Origin: an uncultured Gammaproteobacteria bacterium
GTDB taxonomy: Bacteria > Pseudomonadota > Gammaproteobacteria > Steroidobacterales > Rariloculaceae
NCBI GenBank assembly: GCA_963786385.1
Contig: CAWAYS010000005.1
Location: forward strand, 96,527-160,526
Direction: 5' to 3'
Length of the DNA stretch: 64,000 nt
Made by a program: the position numbers and the translations under genes. A model generated the notes under the pieces. That model was given only the letters and a program-made list of their open reading frames with translations. It did no database searches and was not told the origin of the DNA. Within the stretch, counting starts at the first letter, position 1, and each line of letters starts with the position of its first letter. Shown one piece after another: positions 1 through 8,029 of this stretch.

Positions 1-742
1 AATAGTACTTCCCGTCCGGCGAGAAGTGGATGCCGTGATGTGAAGTCGAGATCAACTTGTCGGCGACACCGTCGAAGCGCAACACCGGTGACTTGGCAGA
101 CTCCTTGCTGGACGAGTCGTAAATGTAAACGTTGCCATCCCACTGCGCCCATTGAACGTCGACGCCCCCTGAGAAAATTGGGGTGCTCTGCTTGGCTGAT
201 ACGTCATATATCCAGGTTCCTGTTGTCTTGAATCCCACCCCGTCATCACTGTAGTCTCCCGTGATATATGCGATTCTATGGGCAGTGGGGGCCCAAGAAA
301 AACGGCGAACGCCGTCGACGATGCCGCGAGTCGCGCCGTCCAAGCCCAGAATGATTAGTTTCGATGATTCGAAGTAGTAAGTTTCCTTCAGGTTCCCAGT
401 CTCGTCGATCCGACGATCGATGTACGTTGCCCGGTCCTTTGTGACGTTCTCCTCCCACATCCGCTCCAGCACACCAAACAAGTCTCCTTGCGGCGCTGCC
501 TGGATGTCCGAGAAGACTCCTTCGCTGTGCAGCACAACCTTCCTCTGGTTAGACCCTACCTGTTCGACATACAGCGTGTGCAGATCTTCTAGATTCTGCG
601 TTTGTTCCCAATAACGACTTCCGCCGAAAACCAGGGCGTTCTGGCTGGGCACATAGTCCACGCCTTTTCGATCGGCCAACGCTGTTGACGAGGACGAAAC
701 GACAAAGAAGGCGCAGAAAATTAAGGTATGTGATCTCTGCAT
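1..742 (-). CDS. secreted beta-propeller-like protein (PD40/TolB-type repeats), C-terminus beyond window edge
   Basis: Absent from the ORF track because it runs off the left edge. Hand translation of the reverse strand from ATG 742-740 (AAGGAAAGGA 8 nt upstream) gives MQRSHTLIFCAFFVVSSSSTALADRKGVDYVPSQ... (signal peptide) ...VRRFSWAPTAHRIAYITGD...HHGIHFSPDGKYY, with no stop down to position 2. SPDGK-type motifs suggest PD40/TolB-like blades. The region is visibly AT-richer than the rest of the window. Confidence 0.6.
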   Translation of the reverse strand, partial: MQRSHTLIFCAFFVVSSSSTALADRKGVDYVPSQNALVFGGSRYWEQTQNLEDLHTLYVEQVGSNQRKVVLHSEGVFSDIQAAPQGDLFGVLERMWEENVTKDRATYIDRRIDETGNLKETYYFESSKLIILGLDGATRGIVDGVRRFSWAPTAHRIAYITGDYSDDGVGFKTTGTWIYDVSAKQSTPIFSGGVDVQWAQWDGNVYIYDSSSKESAKSPVLRFDGVADKLISTSHHGIHFSPDGKYY

Positions 743-1114
743 GACCAATATCCTTTCCTTGAGCAGTCTCAGTTACCGCCTAGCTGGGAGCGCGTTTGTC
801 ATCAGTCAAGTATCGGACACAATGTGCCTGAATACGCGACCATTGTGAGCAGACAACAGTCGTGCGGGCAGGTGCGGGCCCCGCAGGTCAGCTCGACATC
901 TCTCCGATTGGAGTGGCGAGATGAACTAGAGTCTGGCCTGGGAGAAGGAGGCCATTAAAAAGGCGGACACGTCGCAGCCGCCGTCCCTGCTCGACGGAAG
1001 GGCGGCGAACGACGTTCGTCGGGCGTCTTCGTTCTAGCGCTGGCAAATAGAGCGCCACAGAACACGGGTATATCGCCCGTGCTTCCGGTGCGACAAGGGG
1101 CGCGGTAGATGGCG

Positions 1115-2637
1115 CTATTCCGCCGGGGACAATTGCCGCAGGACAGTAATCGTGTCCGGATTCGGTGTCTTCGCGGCAAGCGCAAGGTCGAGAGGAGTCT
1201 TGCCGGCGTCGTCCTTTGCAGTCGATGGCCGCGCCCTTCTCGACGAGGAACCGAATCATCTCGGGCGAGCCACCAGCCGCGGCGACGAGATGCAACGCTG
1301 TTCTACCCTTGGCATCGACTTCGCTCACGTCGCTGCCTTGCGTGAGGCAGAGGCGTACCGCGTCGATGGCTTGCTCCACCGAAACAAAGTCGGGCGTGCC
1401 GATCACGCCTTTCGCTGCAGTCGCCGCTAGGAGAAGCGGCGTGTCGCCTTTATCGGTAGCCGCGTGAACGTCGGCGCCGGCATCGAGCAGCACCTGCATC
1501 ATCGTCACATCCGCCGTCGAAGCCGCACGCATGAGCGGAGTCGCACCCGCCTTCAACCGGCCGTTGCCCACGGTGTACTGCCTTCTGAGCGGCGCCCCCT
1601 TGAGCGGCGCATCCACATGCGCCCCGGCCGCGAGCAACCGCTTCACGATATCAACGCTGCCCTCCACCGTGCGCGGCTTCGGCGCCGGCCGCCCGTACGT
1701 AGCCGGCAGCGTGTGAAAGTCGACCGCCGCATAAAGCGGCGTCGACCCCGCAAGATCCGCAACGTTGGGATCGGCTCCATCATCGAGTAACGCGTTAGCC
1801 ACTTCCCAATGCCCATTGATGATGGCAAGCGTCAACGCGGATTCGCCGAGCGGATCGAGCGCGTTCAAATCGGCGCCGCCCTCGGCCAGCGCGCCCACGG
1901 TCTCGACCGCGCCGCTGCGCGCGGCATACATCAACGCCGTCCAGCCGCCGCGCTGCAGCGGCGTTTGGCCCACGTACGAAACGCCTTCCTCCGGGGGCCG
2001 TCAACAGCACGCCGTTGCCGAGGTGCGGATAGTCGGTGAGTTTCGATTTGAGCTCCGGGTCCGCGCCGAGCTTGAGGAGATAACGTGCAGCGTCGGCGCG
2101 GCCGGCGAGCGCGGCCCACATCAACGCCGTGGTCTCGTCGCGCTGTTCGCGCGCATTCACGTCGATTGCGTGATGCGACGCCAACGCCGTCAGCGCCTCG
2201 ACGCTGCCCGTGCGCGCCGCGAGCATCGCGAGCGTTTGCCCTTCGGGCAGCGCGTGCTCGGCCGCGGAAGGATCGGCGCCGGCTTGCAGCAGCTTCTCGA
2301 GCAGCGGGCCGTTGCCGTCGATTGCGGCGAGCGACAGCGGCGTTTGGCCGTAGCGATTGGCGGCGTTCAAGTTCGCGCCCGCGCGGATCAGCGCGTCGAC
2401 CATCTCGGCGTTGCGTGCGTGCACGGCCCAGTGGATCGCGGCCGTGCCGTCGGGGCCGGCGCCGTCGATGCTGCCGTTGTCCGACGCGCGGCCGATGAGC
2501 TGCGAGACGGTGCTCCATTCGCCGGCCTGGGCCGCTTTCACGAGCGTGACTTCCTCGCCGACGCACGGCGTCGCGAGGCCGGTCGCGAGCGCGCCGAGCA
2601 GCGTTAGGCAGAGCAGGGCAGGCGGGTTTCTCATCAC
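1115..2637 (-). pseudogene. ankyrin-repeat protein with signal peptide, interrupted by two frameshifts
   Basis: Track ORFs 1795..2637 and 888..1973 are two frames of one gene. It starts MMRNPPALLCLTLLGALATG (signal peptide), then has ANK repeats (GQTPLSLAAIDGNGPLLEKLLQAGADP; TALMWAALAGRADAARYLLKLGADP; WTALMYAARSGAVETVGALAEGGADLN; TPLMRAASTADVTMMQVLLDAGADV). The frame changes at or near the G5 run 1993-1997 and again near 1211-1218. The third frame then reads DDAGKTPLDLALAAKTPNPDTITVLRQLSPAE and stops at TAG 1117-1115. Confidence 0.7.
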
Positions 2638-2683
2638 GTCCTCACAGCGCGAGCGTCGGCGAACCTCGCGAGCGTCGCGAACC

Positions 2684-3985
2684 TCAGAAGAACTCCACGC
2701 CGCGCGTGCCCGTGCCGAAACGGTCGAGCTCGGCGCCGTATTGGTTGGCCACGGACAACCACAAGTTGCCGATCTCCGTGCGCTCGGGCAGCACGATGTG
2801 GCGGCTGCGCACGCGGCCGCCGAGCGCGACCATCGGCAGCGGGTCCGTGGCGTGCACGTTCGCGTCGCCGTGGCCGCTGCCGTAGAAGACGAGCGAGCTG
2901 TCGAGCAGCGAGCCGTCGCCGTCCGGCGTCGATTTCAGTCGATCGATGAAGCGCGAGAACATACTCACGCAGTACGCGGCGACTTTCTCGGCGCGCGCGA
3001 TCTTCTCGGGCACCTCGCCGTGGTGCGAGACCACGTGCCACGGGTCGTCGACGCTGATCTCGGGGAAGGTGCGCTGGCTCGATTCGCGCGAGAGCATGAA
3101 CGTGAACACGCGCGTGAGGTCGGCTTCGAACGCGAGCGCGAGCAAGTCGAACATGAGGTCCGCGTGCTCTTTGAACGTGGCCGGCACGCCGAGCGGCTTG
3201 TCGGGCAGCGCGATGTCGGCGGCGTTGGTTTGCTCGGTCTTCTGAATCCGGCGCTCGATCTCGCGCACGGTGTCGAGATAGTCCGATACGCGCGTGCGGT
3301 CGTGCGCGGGCAAGTGGCGCTCGAGCGCGCGCGCTTCGCCCGTGATCGCATCGAGAATGCTTTGGTCTTCGCGCAGCTGCTTGGCCTGGGCGGCCGGCGA
3401 GCCCGCGTCGCCGAACAGGCGCTCGAAGGCTTTGCGCGGGTTGATCTCCATCGGCAGCGCCGTCGTCGGCGACGCCCACGAGATCGTGTTCATATAGATG
3501 CAGGCGAAGCCCGGCGTGCAGCCGCCGACGTAGCCCGTGAAGTCCTCGGTCGCAAGCTCGAGCGACGGCAGCGGCGAGTCTTGGCCGATGCATTTGGCGA
3601 GCACTTGGTCGATGGTGGTGCCGACCTCGTAGTCCTCGCCTTCGGTCTCTTTCGGGATCGCGCCGCTGAGCCAGCCGCAGGCCGCCGCGGCGTGCATCTC
3701 TTTGACGGTGCCGGCGCGTTTGAGATTGGTGACGACGACGGCGGAATCCCGATGCGGCGCGAGCGAGAGCAGCGTGTGCGGCATCTCGAAGCTCGTGCCC
3801 GCGGCTTTGGGCGTCCAGGACGGCATGTCCGCGCCGTGCGGCATGTAGACGAAGCCGAAGCGCTTCGGTCTATCGACGTTCGCGGCCATGGCCGGGACCA
3901 TGGCGTCGAGGAAGGGCAGGGCCACGGTCACGCCGAGGCCGCGCAGGAAAGTCCGTCGCGGGAGCGCTTTCTTCGTGATGAACAT
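2684..3985 (-). CDS. DUF1552-family protein (partner of DUF1592/PSCyt-type proteins)
   Basis: 433 aa with a Tat-like N-terminus MFITKKALPRRTFLRGLGVTVALPFLDAM. Size and sequence pattern match my recollection of DUF1552. The start overlaps the upstream gene's stop (TAATG at 3983-3987), indicating translational coupling. Confidence 0.8.
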   Translation of the reverse strand: MFITKKALPRRTFLRGLGVTVALPFLDAMVPAMAANVDRPKRFGFVYMPHGADMPSWTPKAAGTSFEMPHTLLSLAPHRDSAVVVTNLKRAGTVKEMHAAAACGWLSGAIPKETEGEDYEVGTTIDQVLAKCIGQDSPLPSLELATEDFTGYVGGCTPGFACIYMNTISWASPTTALPMEINPRKAFERLFGDAGSPAAQAKQLREDQSILDAITGEARALERHLPAHDRTRVSDYLDTVREIERRIQKTEQTNAADIALPDKPLGVPATFKEHADLMFDLLALAFEADLTRVFTFMLSRESSQRTFPEISVDDPWHVVSHHGEVPEKIARAEKVAAYCVSMFSRFIDRLKSTPDGDGSLLDSSLVFYGSGHGDANVHATDPLPMVALGGRVRSRHIVLPERTEIGNLWLSVANQYGAELDRFGTGTRGVEFF

Positions 3986-6468
3986 TAGCTATTCTCCTTT
4001 CCTGCTGAGGGCGCCGGCGCGGCCGCCTCGGCCGCGGGCTTCAGCCGCATCTGAAACGGTAGGCTTTTCGCAATCTCGAGCAGCAGCGCCGAGAACCGGT
4101 AGTCGTCCTCGCGCACGTGGCTCACGATTTGCCGGACGATCGGCATGTCTTGGTACGTGAGGCCGCGCCGCAATGCGTAGACCATGAGCTTCTCGGTCAG
4201 CGCCTCGACGAACGCCTCGGGGTTGCGCGCGAGGGCTTGGCGCAGGTCCACGACGCCGTGGATCTCGGTGCCGTCGAAGATCACGGTGGTGGAATTGAGC
4301 ACCGTGCCCGTGTCGTTCTGCTCGCGCCACGCACCCGTCACGTCGAAGTTCTCGAGCGCGAAGCCGAGCGGGTCCATCACGCGATGGCATTGCGCGCAGA
4401 TCGGGTTGTCGCGGTGCTGCTCCATCTGCTCGCGCATGGTCTTCGGCGCCGAGCCCGGCGCGCCTTTCTTGAGCGAGGTGTCGAGGTTCGCGGGCGGGGG
4501 CGGCGGCGGCGTGCCGAGGAGGTTCTCGAGAATCCACTTGCCGCGCAGCGTCGGCGACGTGGTCGTGGGATGCGAGGTCGCGAGCAGCACGGCGCCTTTG
4601 CCGAGCAGACCGAAGCGCCGTTCGTCGGTCAGCGTCACGGGGCGGAAGTCGCTGCCGAAGATGCCCGGAATGCCGTAGTGCTTGGCCAAGCGCTCGTTGA
4701 CGAACGTGTGCTTCGATTGCAGCAAGTCGAGCACGCTGCCGCCATCCTCGAGCACGCTCGCGAAAAAGAGCTCCGCCTCGCGCCGAAACGCTTCGCGCAG
4801 GTTGTCGTCGAAATCGGGGAAGAGATCGGAGTTCGGCACGATGCCGGCCAGGTTTCTCAAGTGCAGCCACTGGCCGGCGAAGTTTTGCGTGAACGCCTCG
4901 GCCTGCGGCGCGGCCAGCATGCGCTTGACTTGCGCTTCGAGCACCTCGGGCTCGTGCAGCGTGCCGCCGGCCGCCGCGTGCAGCAGCTCTTCGTCCGGGA
5001 CGCTGCTCCATAAGAATAAGGAGAGACGCGTGGCGAGCTCGTAATCGGAGATCCGGTACGTGGCGCCGGGCGCGACCTCGTCCGGCTCGCGCTCGGGCAG
5101 GAACACGAACAGCGGGCTCGCGAGCACGCGGCGCAGCGCCAGCTCGATGCCGGCGTCGAAATCCGCGTGCGCTCGGCCTTGTGCGTAGAACGACATCAGG
5201 CCCGCCAGCTCGTCGTCCGTGACGGGCCGCCGATACGCGCGCGTGGCGATCGTCGTGAGAATGCGTTTCGCGCACGGCGTCTCTTCCTCGGCGTTGGCCG
5301 GGCGGCAGACGAACAGCGTCGGGCTCGGCGCGGTGCGCACGCTCGGCACCGCGGCGTTGAACGGCCCTTGAATCGACAGCGACTGCACGTGCGGCGCGCC
5401 TTCGGCGTCGTACGGGTTGAAGTCGCGCACGAAAGGCTGGAGCCGGCTCGTGTCGAACACGGCCGGCGTCTCGCCGAGGAACGCCGCGGCGACGTCGCGC
5501 TGCCCGGCTTTGACGAACACGCGAACGTGCAGGCGGTCTCGCTCCAGCGTATCGGACGCGGCCGTCGGGTTCGTTTGCAGCGCGGTGAGATCTTCGTCGC
5601 CGCCGATCTTGGCGAGCAGGATGCGCTGGCCGTCGACGGTGAGCTCGAGCTGATGAGGATCCTCGAGCCCGCGGATCGCGCTCAAGTTGGTGCGATATAG
5701 ATGCAGCTGAAAGTCGTACTCGCCGTCGACGGGGAACACGTGCGTCGCGGTCATGCCGCCGAGCGTGCCTAGCGGCAGGCCGTCGAGCTGGTGATCCTGC
5801 GAAAGATCCTGCCGCACGGTGTACGTCGTGCCGCCGGGCGGGGTGTTCGGGTCGCCGACGGCCATCGCGCTGATGCGCCGTGCGGCCGTGAGGTAGGCCT
5901 CGAGCAGCGACGGCGAGTTGCCGAGCACGTCGGCCACGTTGTCGAAGCCGTAGGCCGCATCGTCGGGCGGCAGCAGCAAGCTCACGTCGACGTTGAGCCC
6001 CAAGAGGTCGCGAATCGCGTTGGCGTATTCGGCGCGGTTCAGGCGCCCGAGCAGCGGCTCGCCGGGATTCGACGTGGCGCCGGGCAGGCGGTCGATCTGT
6101 TTCTCCAGCGAGACGCGAAGCTCGTCCAGCGACGCACGCATCGCCGCGAGCGTCGTCGGATCTTGCGGCGGTTTATCGACGTCCTGCGGCGGCATCTGCC
6201 GCGTGCGCAGCTTCCGGATGACCTTCTCCCACGTCTCGACGTTCGCGGCGACGTGGTTCGGATCGAGCTTGTCGAGCGCGAGATCGGCGACGAGGTCTTT
6301 ACGGTTGTGACAGTCGACGCAATTCGCGTTGAGGATGGCGCGGTCGTCGGGGCCGAGCAGCGAGTGGCCGAAGGACAGCCACGCGGCGCCGAGCGCGAGG
6401 GCGAGACCGACAGACCCGGTGACGAGGTAGCGACGCAGACTCGAGCCGTCCGCGCCGAGCTTAGGCAT
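3985..6468 (-). CDS. DUF1592/DUF1588/DUF1585-type (PSCyt-like) protein with two c-type heme motifs
   Basis: Track ORF 3985..6573. Start placed at in-frame ATG 6468 (MPKLGADGSSLRRYLVTGSVGLALALGAAW, membrane anchor or signal). CXXCH motifs CVDCHN (N-terminal) and CAQCHR (C-terminal). The ~830-aa architecture is typical of the family that pairs with DUF1552. Confidence 0.8.
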   Translation of the reverse strand: MPKLGADGSSLRRYLVTGSVGLALALGAAWLSFGHSLLGPDDRAILNANCVDCHNRKDLVADLALDKLDPNHVAANVETWEKVIRKLRTRQMPPQDVDKPPQDPTTLAAMRASLDELRVSLEKQIDRLPGATSNPGEPLLGRLNRAEYANAIRDLLGLNVDVSLLLPPDDAAYGFDNVADVLGNSPSLLEAYLTAARRISAMAVGDPNTPPGGTTYTVRQDLSQDHQLDGLPLGTLGGMTATHVFPVDGEYDFQLHLYRTNLSAIRGLEDPHQLELTVDGQRILLAKIGGDEDLTALQTNPTAASDTLERDRLHVRVFVKAGQRDVAAAFLGETPAVFDTSRLQPFVRDFNPYDAEGAPHVQSLSIQGPFNAAVPSVRTAPSPTLFVCRPANAEEETPCAKRILTTIATRAYRRPVTDDELAGLMSFYAQGRAHADFDAGIELALRRVLASPLFVFLPEREPDEVAPGATYRISDYELATRLSLFLWSSVPDEELLHAAAGGTLHEPEVLEAQVKRMLAAPQAEAFTQNFAGQWLHLRNLAGIVPNSDLFPDFDDNLREAFRREAELFFASVLEDGGSVLDLLQSKHTFVNERLAKHYGIPGIFGSDFRPVTLTDERRFGLLGKGAVLLATSHPTTTSPTLRGKWILENLLGTPPPPPPANLDTSLKKGAPGSAPKTMREQMEQHRDNPICAQCHRVMDPLGFALENFDVTGAWREQNDTGTVLNSTTVIFDGTEIHGVVDLRQALARNPEAFVEALTEKLMVYALRRGLTYQDMPIVRQIVSHVREDDYRFSALLLEIAKSLPFQMRLKPAAEAAAPAPSAGKENS

Positions 6469-6605
6469 GGCCCGCTGCGGGACGATGCTCGTCCAGGGTA
6501 TTGTTATTCGGCATCGGTCCTCCCCCCAGAGGTCGATTGCACACAGTATGCACGCCCAGCGTGGAACAAGCACGGGACGCGTGCGTGATTTCCTTGGCCA
6601 CGACT

Positions 6606-6653
6606 ATGTGTTTCCGCGGAAACATTCTCGCACCGATCCGGTGCACGGATTTC
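6606..6653 (+). repeat. structured intergenic repeat, copy 1 (REP-like)
   Basis: GTTTCCGCGGAAAC (6610-6623, perfect 14-nt palindrome) + 6 nt + GCACCGATCCGGTGC (6630-6644, hairpin GCACCG/CGGTGC) + ACGGATTTC. Near-identical cores occur at 7767-7808 and 38360-38401. Confidence 0.75.
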
Positions 6654-6688
6654 ATGGTTGCGTGAGGATGGGCAGCGGTGCCTCGTCT

Positions 6689-7738
6689 TTAGGGCACGCC
6701 CCGGTCGTAGGCTTCGCTGACCCAGGCCGGCGGCGCCGGCTCGCTTTTCGGCGCGAGCCCCTTCGTTTTCGACCAGCGATGAATCCACGAGAAGCCGCCG
6801 CGGCCGACGTAGTCCTCGGGCAGCCGGTAGGCCGGGTCCGCGAGCGCGTGCTCGAGCGTGACGAAGTCGTAGCCGCGCCGGCGAAACATCGCGAGCAGCT
6901 CGGGCATGAGATCGGCGTTCATTTGGTTCGCGTGGATGAGCAAGATTTGCGGGATGTCGTGGCCCACGACTTCGACGGTGCGCGCTTCGAAGAACGCCAC
7001 GATCGACTCCATGTACGGGACGTACTCGCGGCGCACGCGCTCGCGGTACTCGGGGCGCATATAGACCGCGGCGAACATGTAGTCGGCATCGTCGAGCGTG
7101 ACGGGCGCCACGCGGTATCCGTGCTGATCCAGGAAGGCTTGCAGGCCGGCTTTGATCTCGGGTGTGGACCCCGTGTAGAGAAACGGATGGCGGAAATACT
7201 TCAGCGTGCGCCCGCGCTCGGCGAGCACGGAGCGCAGCAGCGGCTCGCCGCGCGTGATGTCTGCAGTGAACGTGTCGAGCGGCACTTGGTTGATGCTCAA
7301 GTGCGAGTACGAGTGGTTGCCGAGATCCGCGCCGGCGTCCAGCCAAATCTCGAGCACTTCGCGTAAGCCGTCCGGGCCGAAGTCGACGGGGCGCCCGGCA
7401 TTCACGAAGCCGATCACCGGGATGTGCTGCTCGCGAAACGGCGTCAGCAGCTTTTCGGTCATTGCGCTAACGGTGTCGAGATCGCGTTGGCTGCGGGTGT
7501 CGCCGCTTCGCGGCAGATCGTCGATCGTGATCGCGACTTCGCGCGCCGCGACGGCGCCCGCGTGCAGCAGCACGCAAGACAGGAGCCAGCAGACGAAGCG
7601 GACGGCTCGCGAGGCGAGTGACGGCACGCAACGCTTCGCGGGCGACGGGCGCCGATCGATCGTCCACCGAGACGGGCGCGTTTCGAGGCGACCGGGGCGA
7701 CCGGGGCGATCGGCGATCGTATCCATCATTTTCTTCAT
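6689..7738 (-). CDS. polysaccharide deacetylase (NodB-homology domain)
   Basis: Track ORF 6689..7927. Start placed at ATG 7738 (MKKMMDTIADR...). Hydrophobic segment AVRFVCWLLSCVLLHAGAVAA, then NodB motifs AITIDDLP and LGNHSYSH. Confidence 0.85.
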   Translation of the reverse strand: MKKMMDTIADRPGRPGRLETRPSRWTIDRRPSPAKRCVPSLASRAVRFVCWLLSCVLLHAGAVAAREVAITIDDLPRSGDTRSQRDLDTVSAMTEKLLTPFREQHIPVIGFVNAGRPVDFGPDGLREVLEIWLDAGADLGNHSYSHLSINQVPLDTFTADITRGEPLLRSVLAERGRTLKYFRHPFLYTGSTPEIKAGLQAFLDQHGYRVAPVTLDDADYMFAAVYMRPEYRERVRREYVPYMESIVAFFEARTVEVVGHDIPQILLIHANQMNADLMPELLAMFRRRGYDFVTLEHALADPAYRLPEDYVGRGGFSWIHRWSKTKGLAPKSEPAPPAWVSEAYDRGVP

Positions 7739-7766
7739 GGCTGGCCTCGACCGTCTTGGGCGGGGT

Positions 7767-7808
7767 GTTTCCGCGGAAACATTCTTGCACCGATCCGGGG
7801 CGAAATCC
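7767..7808 (+). repeat. structured intergenic repeat, copy 2 (REP-like)
   Basis: GTTTCCGCGGAAAC (7767-7780) ATTCTT GCACCGATCCGGGGC (7787-7801) GAAATCC. Same order and spacing as copies 1 and 3. Confidence 0.75.
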
Positions 7809-8029
7809 TCGTACACGCGGAGGCGCCGGTCGCCAGACCGTGGCGACCCTACCCGGGAGCGGCCGTGACACACGTCGGTTCGCGGTTCCCGACGCTCAGA
7901 AAAACGCAGAACTGCGCACAAAAACATTCTGTTTCGCTCAGGAACGCCGCTGCGTGTCCCCCGAGACTGTATTCCTGACGACGGGTCGTCGAGTCGGGTG
8001 AGTGCGATCTTCGAGGGGAATGCCGAGCC

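Noticed and set aside
2357-3988. 543-aa forward ORF antisense to DUF1552 (similar cases: 36056..38311 antisense to the PQQ-ADH; 42678..44177 antisense to the TPR gene; 39868..40578 and 38792..40180 over the esterase/porin)
   Set aside because: These are GC-driven shadow ORFs. The opposite-strand products carry signal peptides and family motifs.
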